Assembly: GCA_964016885.1 (NCBI GenBank)
Contig: OZ024742.1
Coordinates: 313,410,001 to 313,474,000, forward strand
Length of the DNA stretch: 64,000 nucleotides
Direction: 5' to 3'
From: Eledone cirrhosa
Lineage: Eukaryota
Under the pieces are notes generated by a model. The model was not told the DNA's origin. It worked only from the letters and a program-made list of their open reading frames with translations, and made no database searches. This document shows positions 38,982 through 50,446 of the stretch, piece by piece. How positions within the stretch are numbered: position 1 is the first letter of the stretch; each line of letters begins with the position of its first letter. The translations under genes and the position numbers were made by a program.

Positions 38982-41738
38982 TCAAGGATCAATTTCCCCC
39001 TCATCCTTCTGCATATGAAAGTCTGCTGTCCAGGTTGGTAGTTTGCGACTTCTTTGCGATCTCCGCAGTGTTGGGGCGGCACTTTGGGTTTCCTCTTCCT
39101 CGGAGTCCGTTGACACAGTGATTCTACGGAAATCCAGGACATGACGTGGTACTCCGTCCACGGACACATTGTTCTGGGAATTTACGGCCGTCACCGTTCC
39201 CCTTCCCCATTGAGATGTGCAACGTGCATCTGGGGGCTTAACCCAGACTTCTTCGCCCACCTGCATGAATGTATTCTCTCTCCCCACTGGCCGTTGTGAT
39301 GGCGTGCACGGGTGCCGCCACTCGTATCTGAATACTGCTCTGTGTGGCACCGATTCCTCAACCTGTCCCACCCGAGGGGACATGTTATACCAGAACACTG
39401 CCTCCATTGGTGAGATGTGGCCCCCGCTCCGCCATTGCCTTGATCGTCCGGTGGTGTCGCTCCAAAATTCCATTTCCGCTCGGCCTGTACGCTGCTCTGA
39501 AGAAATGGTCCACCTTCCATCCATCGAGCATCTCCCTCGGCGCCTCCGAGCGGAACGCTGCGCTGTTGTCCATCAGCAGTTCGCCCACAGGGCCCCGCTC
39601 CAAAAACACCTCTCTCAACGTCCGCATGATTTCCTCGGCCGTTGCAGTCTTTATCTCCCTCCATATCGCCATCCGTCCTGGTCCACAGTCGACTATCGAG
39701 AGGTACGTTCCCTGTCGGTAGTGCGTTACATCCACCGCCAATCGCGATCCGCCGGGAGGCTTCCCGTTTCGTGCACACCCGGGGCGGGATCAATGGACTG
39801 ACATCGGACGCAGCCTCTAACCACCCTTTGAACACTGTGTCGATTCTCCTGGCTAGGAACAGGGTCATATCCACTCTCATGTGGTGCATGTCATGCAACC
39901 CTTTCAGATCCGACTCGGTCAGCCGACACACGGCAGCTATTTCCTCTTCTACCTCCTCCGGCGCTTCCATCCAGGCTTTCTTCACCCTGGTTAAGACGTC
40001 CGCCCTATTTTTCTCTGAGGGCACGAAAACTACGCTCAGCCTCAGGTCGAACTCGGTGGCCAGCTCTCCTAAAGTTCCCAGGCAGCGCTTTATCAGCATC
40101 TCCGCCGCCCCTCTCGTTCGCACTCTCTTCTCACTGGTGAGCACTGATCTCACCCATCCGAGTACAGTAGCCGAGTCGGTGCGTATCTCGATGGTGCGCA
40201 GTCCCCACCTCAGGGCGAGGTTCACCCCTTTCAACACTGCGTCCAGTTCGGCCACATTGATGTGGTTGCAGTCGTCCTTCTTCCTAAGCCAGGCTGTGAC
40301 ACCGAGCGCTATGCTGCTGGCATCGCACCATACGATCCCGCTCTGCGATTTGGGAACATACCATCGTCCCCGCACTGGATCGTCGGCCTTCACCCTCTCC
40401 ACGATCTCCTGCATCATGGCCACCGTCCTCTCTCCCACTCTGTCACTCCAGGTCACCCCTCCCGCTCGTCTCTTGACATAGCTGCATGCCGTCCGGAGCC
40501 ACCCAGCAATCGGTGGCCAACTTTCCACACACCGAGAAAAGCTCCCGCCTACTCATACTTGGGCCCAGTTCTGGAACTTCATTTCCCCTCTGGAATACCA
40601 AGACGCCCGTCCTGTCTCGCTGTAGCCTAAGTCCCAGCGCGGCTCCTCCCTCCAACGCTTCTGACGGCTTCGTAGCCAGTCCATACCCCTGTAAATGGCT
40701 CGTGACCTCCGCCGCCGACACTATAGACTCGTCCACTAGGATGTCGTCAATGTAGGAATTAGTGGCCCTCTTCATCTTGCCGGCCTTTCCCAGAATGGTC
40801 TTGAGCACCGCCGCCATGATCTTTGGTGCAGAGCTCAGCCCGAAACCGAGCCTGGTCAGGCAATATGTCCGGCCCTTATACCTGACCAGCTGATACTGCC
40901 AGAGCTTCTCATCTATATGCAATTGCAAGTATGCCGACTTTAGATCTACGATTGCGGAACCCCCTGTCATGCGTCTCCACTCACGCAGGGTTTCCCCACA
41001 GACATCCGTGACCTCGCCACCCGTGTGGCATGACACGTGCTCGTTTAGCTCCCGAAAGTCCAGTACCGGCCTCACCTTGTTCTTCGTGGGTTGCGCCACC
41101 GCCATTAACGGCAATACTCCGCACTTCACCTCCTCTTTCCAGGGAAGCAGTATGCCCTCCTCAATCCATCTCTCTACCTCTCGCTTCTAATGTCTCCCTT
41201 CAATGTGTGTTGATAGCAGCCCACTTTGGTCTTCAGTGTTGGTGGTTCTCCCTTCCAGTACCACTCAACAACCCATCGCTGCCCATCGAACACGGCCTTG
41301 AAGTCTTTGTCCTGCACAGTGTAAGCGGGGTATTTCTCCTCGTGGGCCTTCTGGTTCTCCTGTCGCGTACTCACAGCGCCGCCAAACGACACACCGACGT
41401 TATTCACTGTGATGCCTCCTAGACGGCCAATTGCGTCCATGCCCATAACCACGCCGATCCCATCCACCACGTTGTCAACTACGATGGCAGAAAGCCTTAT
41501 TTTCCTTCCCCGTACCGCCATCTCCACCTAGCTGCGACCTCGGCATTCAATTTTCCTACCGTCGACTGCCCTTACCTCTCCACCTCTGCGCCACCCCCGC
41601 GGTCACCAGTGTCGTCGTACAGTCCGTGTCCACGAGGGCTCGCTGTGGCTTTCTCCTCACGAAGACTTCCACCACGGGCAGCGCCTCTACTCGTAAGGGG
41701 CAACTACCGGCGCAGTAGTTCCCCTTGGATCGTTTCCC
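38982..41738 (-). pseudogene. pol of the LTR element (protease, RT, RNase H, integrase), several frameshifts and stops
   Basis: ALVDTDC protease site (~41615-41640); RT VLDFRELN, DLKSAYLQL, LGFGLSSAP, YIDD; RNase H CDAS/HINVAEL/TDS/NRAD; integrase VDVTH, MDNS, GNGILER. Confidence 0.92.
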
Positions 41739-42452
41739 TGGTCGCAGTTAGTAGCGATGTGGCCTGGTCGCTTACACCGGTAGCATATTATTTCCGGCCT
41801 TGACTCTCTACAGTCTCTCGCCATGTGCGGGCCCTGGCACCTAAAACAGCGACCTCTAAACGTTCGCGGGCGACCGCGTGCCGTGGTTGCCTCCCTTTCA
41901 CCATTTCGCTGCCAGCTGTCTTGAGCCTCTGTAGTTGCTATCGCCGCGACACTCCTCTCGGCATCTTCTGCTATGATGCGGGCTTGCTCCACCAGTGAAC
42001 GCATCTCCATTTCTTTGTAACCCGGGACTTGCTGCAGTTTCACCGCTATGTCGTCTGGAAATCCATTTATGAACGCCAACCGCACCGTGCGTTCGCATTC
42101 CACCTGATATCCAGCCAACATGGCCAATCGCCGTATTTCCGCTGAGAAAATGTCAACGCGTTCACCGTTCCATCTAATTCTTGCCAGCTTAGCAAAAGCG
42201 GCTAACGGTCCCTCTGCGAACGCTTCCATCATGCGTCTCTCAATCTTTTGCGCATCCCTTTGGCTGTGTTCATCCAACTCAAGGAAGAGTACCAACGCGT
42301 CCTCCTCGAGGTACAGTGCCATGAGGACAGCCACATCTTCTATCTTCTGTAAGCTTGTGACCAGCCGTACTTTTTGCAGCCAAGCGACAACATCACCTTC
42401 ACCGGTAAATGCCCTAATCGCTTCGCTCGTTCGCAGTCTCGTCGCTATATCC
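41687..42452 (-). pseudogene. gag of the LTR element with two CCHC zinc knuckles
   Basis: CFRCQGPHMARDC and CYRCKRPGHIATNC; gag-like coding sequence (AFTGEGDVVAWL) continues upstream of the listed ORF; the start codon appears lost. Confidence 0.88.
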
Positions 42453-42561
42453 TAATTTGGCTTGCGGTACGTAATAAAAAAAAAACAATAAACTCCTCTC
42501 TGTTTTCGAGAAAGTTTTTTTTTTTTTCAATCAGATCTCAGTTTCCAGTGCCGAAATAGCT

Positions 42562-42831
42562 TGTGGTTAGAAAAAGCTATCTCACTTACCGCTTTTCATA
42601 GGCGCCGCTAAATCCCATGGCTGGTTTCTCCTCTTCCACGTGCGTCCAACTCATTAATACCCGGGAGCTGCCAAACTCGCGTCCACCACGTTTCTGATCT
42701 CCACTAGAGAGAGACCGATCTGCTGGCCCTTCCAGTCGAGCACCCTTCCGGCCAAGCACCCTTCCGGTCAAGCACTCTTCCGGTCGAGCACTCCCCAGCT
42801 TCCGGCCACCGCACACCACACCATACCCACA
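42562..42831 (-). repeat. 5' LTR
   Basis: Direct repeat of 38697-38966 with about 5 substitutions by eye; internal ~16-bp CTTCCGGTCGAGCAC repeats. Confidence 0.95.
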
Positions 42832-43657
42832 GTATGTGAATTGATGACTTCATTCGAAACACCGAACTTAATTATCGCTTTGATGTTTGCTGAGGCACAC
42901 ATAGAGTCTCTATGATATCAACAAATACATCATGATACTTTGTTAGTTTATGTAACGGTAGCCACTAATATTGTAAAAATATTTATTTAAGTTTTGATGC
43001 TATAAGTATTTGAAATACAGGAGTGTTTTTGTGGTCACTCTGTTTATGATCGCCAGAAGCGAGACACTGTGTAGCCTCACATAGACTCAGACCAGTGTGT
43101 GTCAGGAGTGGGGTGCATCACTGGATGGCACTGGCCCCTACTTTTCAATGGTGCTATAGCGTAGTCTGATGCTAAGGAAGGACGGTGACGACTAGAAAGC
43201 CATTCATAATGGAAATATATCTATAAGGCCACAAAGAAACTCTAGAGCAGAGTTTCCCAAACTTTTTCAAACGTGGAAAACCTTTTTGGTTCAGAAACTT
43301 TTAAGGAAATATAAATGTAATATAAATATACTCCTCTACTTTTTTTTCACGGATCTTCAGACACTATTTTGTAGAACCCACTTTGGGAACCACTGCTACA
43401 GTGCACCCTCAGATTTAGAAAATATTTTATTAAAAGAACAAAAACAAAAAAACATTCTGAAATATGTTCCTTTTGAGTATCCACTCAAAATATTCTGAAC
43501 ACCCCTTCACTGAGTAGCAAAACCTAGCGTCGGTACCCTAAACTTCACCGTTATCGAAGTTTAGGGTACCATGTTTTTAATATAGATAGTTCAAAAGTGG
43601 AATAAATTAGTTTGCTAACGCAGAAAGTTACTTGTTTCCACAGATCCTATTTATTAT

Positions 43658-44035
43658 TATAGTATCGGCAGAAGGTCGGACGCCATGCTCTGTAGCCCCT
43701 TCATGATCTGAGTTCAAATTCCGCCAAGGTTAACTTTGCGTTTCATCCTTGCGGGGTCGATAAAATAAAGGAAGTAATGCACTGGCAAAATTGCTGGCCT
43801 TGTGCCAAAAGTAGAAACAATTATTATTTTTACTTTTCATAAAAGGCGGTGGATTGGCAGTATCGGTAGAGGGTCGAACGCCATGCTTTCCAGCATAGTT
43901 ACGTCCCTTTACGATCTGAGTTCAAATCCCGTCGAGGTTGACTTTGCTTTCATCCTTACGGGGTCGATAAAATAAAGTACCAGTAATGAACTGGGTATTT
44001 GCTGGCCTTGTGCCTAAAGTAGAAACAGTTATTTT
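43658..44035 (+). mobile_element. Two tandem SINE copies
   Basis: 43658-43826 and 43845-44032; the second is flanked by a repeated TTATTTTTACTTTTCATAA (likely TSD). Confidence 0.85.
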
Positions 44036-44280
44036 TACTTTTCATAATATCAGAGATCGATAAAAGAATCATTAGTCAGATAACCTGACTCAAGTTAATG
44101 TATTCGACGAGCAAGTGATAGTCATAAAAGTGCTTGGCTATTCTAACGCTTTAGTCTCGCTATCACCCGTGGGAATTCTGTGATATGGTCTGCTCAAACA
44201 ATTATTTTCAGAGGGAGACACCAGCATTCTTTATGTTGAGTTTGCACGTTCTTTCTCGGTAAATTTATAGAACATCCCAC

Positions 44281-45092
44281 CCGATTTCAGTGGGGAAAAA
44301 AAAAGTTTTCTATTTTTTTTTCGAATGCAATCAATTAATCCGAATCGAAATTTTTCCAAGAGAACAGAGGGGTGGGGTGCATCCCCCTCGGATAAACCCC
44401 CTCCCCGGAGTTTTTCGTACGATTTTTTGTTTCGCGTGTTATCAACGATTAGGACCACCAAACCAGTCCGAAATTACTAGATTTGTAGAAAAAGTAGAGT
44501 GAAAGCATACGAAAAGACCATCGGAGTTTCGCAGATCTACACATCTCCCGTGGGAAATAATTATCTATCTTTGTTTTGTTTTGTTTTTGTTTGTTTTTTT
44601 CTGGGTCTCTTAGATGCTTACAATCGACTTTTTCCCCGGAACACGGAAACCCTAGCCTTAACACTAAAACTAACCCTAAACTTAGCCCTAAACCTGATCC
44701 TAACCATAAAACTAGCCCTAACCATAACCCTAAACTTATCCCTAAAACTAACCCTAACCCTAACCCTTACCATAAAACTAGCCCTAACCCTAAACTTAAC
44801 CCTAAAACTAGCTTTACAGTCGATTGCAAGCATCCAGAAAAAAAAGGAATGGTAATTATTTCCCACTAAACACGAGAGGTGTGTAGTTCTGCGAAACTCC
44901 AATGGTCTTTTCGTACCCTTTCGCCCCCCCCCCCCCCCTCCCATTTTTTAAAAAAACAAATTTAGTCGTTTCCAACTGGTTTGGAGCAAGCGTAAAAAAA
45001 ATCCGTAGCGAAAACCCACCCCACCCCAAACGGGGAAAAAACTTGTTTGGAAAAAAAAACGTGCAAAAAATTTTTTTCCCCATTGAAATCGA
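44281..45092. mobile_element. Foldback element with long imperfect inverted arms around a degenerate (TAACCC)n core
   Basis: Arms ~44281-44565 and ~44850-45092 (e.g. GAAAAGACCATCGGAGTTTCGCAGA / TCTGCGAAACTCCAATGGTCTTTTC); telomere-like hexamers at 44647-44812. Confidence 0.7.
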
Positions 45093-45329
45093 ATAGGGTA
45101 TTCTTTCATAATAATACTCTTTTCTCTATATTTTATTGATTTGTTTCTTCTGTAAATCAATTATTATAAAAATTGTGTTGGGATCTCTCATTTCTTTACT
45201 TGATTTGAGCATCGACTTGTGGCTAAATTTACTTCAGTAACGGCGATAGTACTCTAACACTGTCAGCCTTAAACATATCGAACACATACATGCTAAACAT
45301 ATATACACACACTCATTTTGTTAGTTTGA

Positions 45330-45442
45330 CTAATTGACTTGATTCTGGTTGGCTGAGGGTGGGCTCTATAGCAACCAGTTAACAACACATTCCATGTAAA
45401 CAACTAACACAAGACAGGGGAACAATCGCTTGTCGCGTGAGT
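45330..45442 (+). promoter_or_regulatory. Putative TTLL1 promoter and non-coding first exon
   Basis: RFX/X-box-like half site CTATAGCAAC (~45366-45375), GC-box-like GGGTGGGC, and donor GTGAGT at 45437 that could join the acceptor at 47956 upstream of the ATG. Confidence 0.4.
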
Positions 45443-46440
45443 AATATAAACTACACATTCACCCAACACTCTTTGCAGTATTTTGGTATAGACAGGATGT
45501 GCGGGGGCTTTTTCGTTCACATACAAATATCTTATTTATTAAATATACTCACTCTTAGCTTTACAATTACGTCTACTTCTCCTTTACTCGTTCCAGCATT
45601 GTATCTATATTGTATATGCTCAAAGTCAGCCCTAGTCTATCAGACCTGTATCTATAATGTATATGCCCTAAGTCAGACCTGTACTTATATTGAATATGCT
45701 CAGTTAGCCCTAGTCGATCAGACCTGTAACCATTCCGTCTTTTTCGTGTTCTTTAAGACTGTATTATCCTGTTTCTTTTCCTTATTTAAGACAATTATGT
45801 GTGATGTGGAGAACATTATACTGTTTTGCACAGACGGAGCGACTCTGTTAAGCGTGGGGAACTTTAATCGTACCATGGGATTAATTGCAAGGGGATATCA
45901 ATCATATTATTATTTTCAGTGGGAAATAATTTTTTTCCTTCGTTTTTTTTTTTTTTTTTTTTCATATGCTATCAATTAAAGTTACCTCCTAATATGAGGG
46001 GTCACTCAGACTTTTCCGCTCTGCCGAGTTGTCCGAGGGTCTCCTCTTTTCCTCTCCGCTTTCGGGGGGAAAAGCCCTTTGCAGCATGATCGGAGGTAAG
46101 TTTAATTGATGGCAAACGAAGAAAAGAAAATTTTTTTCTCACTGAAATCGGTGTGTCTGTGAGGGGAGGGGGGGGGGGGGTCTGAGCGTCTCCCACCGCC
46201 TCCTCACTTAATTTATCAAAAATCTATGGGGTGGGGTGCATCTCTGCTGGAAATTACGATTACTCTTTAAATTTACAAATTTATGGGTATTCAACTTATA
46301 TGTCTTAAGAATTAAACCATTTTTTTTCCATTTGGATTTTTAGAGGCATCATTTGTGAATGTATAATTTGAAATTTGAAACTAGATGAAATTTTGCTCAC
46401 GATTCATTTTTCTGTCAATAATATTTTAGATTGATATTAG

Positions 46441-46628
46441 GGCGGTGGATTGGCAGTATCGGTAGAGGGTCGGACGCCATGCTTTCAAGCATAGTTACGT
46501 CCCTTTACGATCTGAGTTCAAATCCCGCCGAGGTTGACTTTGCCTTTCATCCTTACGGGGTCGATAAAATAAAGTACCAGTAATGCACTGGGTAATTGCT
46601 GGCCTTGTGCCTAAAGTAGAAACAAGTA
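46441..46628 (+). mobile_element. Young tRNA-derived SINE (reference copy)
   Basis: A-box-like TGGCAGTATCGG, B-box GAGTTCAAATCC, central GCCTTTCATCCTT..GGGGTCGATAAAATAAAGTACCAG domain (Meta-SINE-like from memory), ATT-rich tail; followed by an older relative at 46630-46825. Confidence 0.88.
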
Positions 46629-47101
46629 TTGGTAAAGCACCCCAAAAATGCTTTGCAGGTATTTAGTTTCGACTTTCTATGGTCTGAGTTCAAATCCTGC
46701 CAATGTCAACTTTGCCTTTCATCCTTCCGGGGTCGATAAAATAAAGTATCAGTTAAATACTAGGTTGATATAACAGACTTGCCCTCCCAGCCAAAATTTG
46801 CTGGCCTTGTGCCTAAATTAGAAAGTTTTAGACTCCAAGTCCTGTAGGAATATCATAAAATGATGGTGAAGCAAAAACTGTATATAACTACATAAAATAC
46901 ATATGACAATGATTAAAAGGGAAGTAAAAATAAACCAGCAACATCCATGATGTGATGAGACCATGAGAAACATTGACAAAATTATAGACTTAGGAACTTT
47001 GTTGTTCCTTATTGGAAAATATGAGATTTTAATAAAGAAATTGAAACTGGAAAGTAGTCATATTTCCAATGACACACATACACACCTATATATTGGTTAG
47101 T

Positions 47102-47444
47102 ATTAATAATAATGAAATTATTGTGTAAAGTGCTCAGGTGCACTACAACTCGTCAAAGGTGCATGTATAGTACATAGAATAATATACAAATTTCAGGGAA
47201 GTGAATAGTGTATGAGTCATGATATACATGTGTGTATGTGTATGGAGGGGGAATATTAGGTGTAGTGTTGGCAAATCTCAGGAAGCATGGAGGTTTTAAA
47301 GGATGCAGTGTTTCGACAGCTAACAACTGATGCAGGTAGTTTGTTCCATGCTTCAGCAACTCTGAGCGTGAAAAAATGTTTCCGAAAGTCATGGGAACTG
47401 TGCTGTTTTCTGACTTTGTGGGCATGCCCACGTGTGTTAGACAC
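47102..47444 (-). mobile_element. CR1-type LINE 3' end
   Basis: TRGHAHK..RKHFFTLRVAEAWNKLP..VV...TASFK motif; 3' UTR ending in (ATT)n. Confidence 0.88.
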
Positions 47445-47979
47445 ATGGAAATCAAAAAGGTACTAGGAAGGGCATCCAGCTGTAGAAACCAAACCCAAAA
47501 CATCCATTTGAGCAAGTCATGGTCATCTGACCTGATTTCTTGTGGCAACCTGTCTAACCCATGCTACCTTGGAAAATAGATGTTGAATGGTGTTGATCAT
47601 GATATGCACATACCTTTCTTCTTCTTTGCCCACTTATTCCTGAGAGGGTAGTAGGGGTAGAGTCCTCAAAGACTCCTTCCAGTAGGTTCTATTAGAAGCA
47701 ACTATCTCCAGCTGATCAGGCTGGATCCCCAAGCAAGACCAGCCAAACTTATGGATGTTATCCAACCAACTTGCTCGGAATCTACCCCTGGGTCTCTTGC
47801 CAGGTGGTTTTGCTTGTAAAATCTGTCCAGCAATTCTTTCCTAAGACATTCTAACCAGATGCCCATAGTATCGGAGCTGTGATCTCTCAATTCAGAGAAG
47901 TAGTAACTCTGCCTGGAGTGACTAATATGCACATACCCATTATATTTATTTTACAGTGTGGGATAGATTTGAATAAGAA

Positions 47980-48089
47980 ATGCCACCAATCAGATATGCA
48001 TGTGACCAAGATAAATCAGTGTTGTTACATAATTTTGAGGCTCGTGGTTGGGTACCTGTAAATCCTGATGAAAATTGGAATTTTTACTG
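47980..48089 (+). CDS. TTLL1: TTLL1 coding exon 1 (MPPIRYACDQDKSVLLHNFEARGWVPVNPDENWNFYW)
   Basis: Matches human TTLL1 N-terminus [29 protein letters not shown]; acceptor TTACAG at 47951-47956; donor GTACGT. Confidence 0.93.
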
Positions 48090-50043
48090 GTACGTCATAT
48101 GTCTTATTTTATTTGCTTTCATCATTCATTGGTAATTCATATTTTTATTGTTTTCTTTTCTTTTATTTCTTTATTTTTATTGCTGTGGTTGTGTATTTCA
48201 GATCAGCAAAGTTACAACACAAGAAGAGAATTATATATTTGGTGATAACCAGAAGCTATCACCAGAGGGAAAATAGTACCTATGGCAAGCAGTGAAATTG
48301 TACCCCTGCCCAGCACTGTATTTTTACCTATGGGCCTAATATACTTTATATAAATGGTTTAATGATCCAGCCACTGTAGTGTTTTTACTCATGATAATTG
48401 GAGACAAATCATATATCTGAAGGAGTTTCTTTTTTCACTCTCCGATGAGGCTTATTTGACTTTTATAGAATGTGCTCCTAGTCCAAATGATGCCCCCCCC
48501 CCCCCCCCCACTCATGTGGTGCACATGGTGCATGCCATGCTTGCCATACCCATTCTCAATAAAACCTCTGGTGATAACCAGTAGGTTTTATTGAGAATGT
48601 TCTCTTAACATCCTGCAATGATTTTGCAGAAAACTCTTAACATCCTGCAATGATTTTGCAGAAAATATATAAAAAAACGATTTTGTTAATTGAAATCGCT
48701 AGTAATGGACAAATATTTGAGAAAATTTGCAATAAACTAATGTAAAGACTAGAATGTTTAATGTGATGTAGTGCTGTTTTGTACTCCTGGCAGAAAGAAC
48801 AACATGAAATAAAGTGTTAAGGACATAATACATCGCCCAGTTTGGAATCAAACTCGCAACCTCACAATTGCGAATCCAATTCTCTAACCACTAAGCCACA
48901 CATGGAAATGTATATATATCTTCACTTGTATATCTAAGTATTAAAAAATGTTTACTTCTCTAAAGTAAACCCAAAAATATAATCTTATTAACCATATTTC
49001 TAATAAAATAAACTGCCTATAATTTTCAATTAATTTTGCCATTAATAAAGTATTTGGATGAATTTTATAAAACTAATTTTTTCCATGATTAAACTAGTAT
49101 TTGAATCATTATTCAACAAAAAATATTTACATGAAATTATGACAGAATGTTTAATCCTTTAGCATTTACTTTACTCTATATATACTATAATATTTTCATG
49201 GTAAAGGTTCTACTTAATATCGAATCTATGAGATTTTGGTATTATTTATTTTGAGAACAATACCTTAACATAAATATGAGCAACCGGTTACAGCCTGTTT
49301 GAAGAGAAATAAGTGAGAGAATTCAGGCCAGATATGGCCAGTTTAAATGCTAAAGGGTTAAATTTAAATAGGAACACTTTAAAATATATTATTTTATATC
49401 ACAGAATCAGATGCAGTTTCAGCCAGGTTGGTGTCAAAAGGGTTCATTATGGATGGGAGGGGGTGCATGTTGAGGTTTTAAATTTATTATTGATTTCTAA
49501 TTTGGCACATAACTATTGATTGGTCATTGGCCTTGTATCTTGTCAAAAGACATCATTATGATTAAACTGCTGATTTAGTTAGAAACCCTCTAATTAAAAT
49601 ACTGATCAGTTAGTTATTCATGTAATTTATTCACAATGTTTTTATGTCTGCTTTTCTGTGTTAATATGGGTTGGACAATAGTTTTTTAAGGCAGGTTTTT
49701 ATTACCTAATTCCCTTCCTGGTGTTAACCCATACTTTATAAGTATGGTATGTACCACTTATCTTCATTGAATGGCTTTCCTGCAGATAGTTTATACAAGG
49801 TGAAAATAAACGTCTGTGGAGCAAACTTCTTAACTACAGAGGAATACCTGTGCCTGTCTCTTTTTTGTCCTTTTTACATTTTTACTTTTTCATCCTTTCC
49901 TTTTTTAAAATTTTAATTTTCTCTTTCATTTTCTTTGTTTCTGTTCCTTGTTTTCTTCTAATTTTAATTCTTTTTTCTTGGCCTTCATTTTCTTACTTTT
50001 TTTCTATATTCTAATTTACTTTGGTTTATTTCTTCCTATTCAG

Positions 50044-50109
50044 GGCTTCAGTGCAGAATATCAGAAACATATTCAGTGTGGACAATGGCTATCGTTTAAC
50101 AGATGACCA
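50044..50109 (+). CDS. TTLL1: TTLL1 coding exon 2 (ASVQNIRNIFSVDNGYRLTDDQ)
   Basis: Long pyrimidine tract plus TTCAG, GTGAGT donor; human [22 protein letters not shown]. Confidence 0.95.
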
Positions 50110-50144
50110 GTGAGTACCACATCTAATATCATTATATATATATA

Positions 50145-50327
50145 TAGAATAGAAAACGAAAAATCAGTGATGCATCTGAACTCAATTTATTGTGTGTTAC
50201 AATTGTTTCCCCGACGTGTCCGTCGAACCTGTGGGTCCAGAATCAGACAGATCCATACAATGATCACATCTCGAGCTGCCCGCCGGGGAAACAATTGTAA
50301 CACACTGATTTTTCGTTTTCTATTCTA
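50145..50327. repeat. Palindromic MITE-like insertion next to (TA)n
   Basis: Perfect 25-bp TIR TAGAATAGAAAACGAAAAATCAGTG plus a 22-bp inner inverted repeat. Confidence 0.85.
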
Positions 50328-50401
50328 TCATACTCTGCTCTGTAAGAGCATAGAGTGCTCAACCGGCATACCACCTATGGAAGCACCTTAGCTACCAACA
50401 G

Positions 50402-50442
<41 letters not shown>

Positions 50443-50446
<4 letters not shown>

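Larger units (their letters stand above)
38697..42831 (-). mobile_element. Complete 4135-bp LTR retrotransposon, gag-PR-RT-RH-INT order, decayed ORFs
   Basis: 270-bp LTRs 38697-38966 and 42562-42831 with TG..CA ends; 5-bp TSD GTATG (38692-38696, 42832-42836); PPT AGAGGGGGGCG next to the 3' LTR. Confidence 0.96.

Noticed and set aside
39217-40755. Long plus-strand ORFs antisense to pol (and antisense ORFs over the LINEs)
   Set aside because: Expected shadow ORFs of GC-rich coding sequence; no motifs.
44499-44944. LTLTL, PNPNP and RVRVR repetitive ORFs
   Set aside because: Artefacts of the TAACCC-like array.
46441-46530. SINE heads as tRNA genes
   Set aside because: A/B boxes present but no cloverleaf or acceptor stem; attached to a SINE body in many copies.
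48201-48295. TTTCAG acceptor after TTLL1 exon 1 suggesting an extra exon
   Set aside because: Exons 1 and 2 already join to match the homologue without a gap; no convincing donor.
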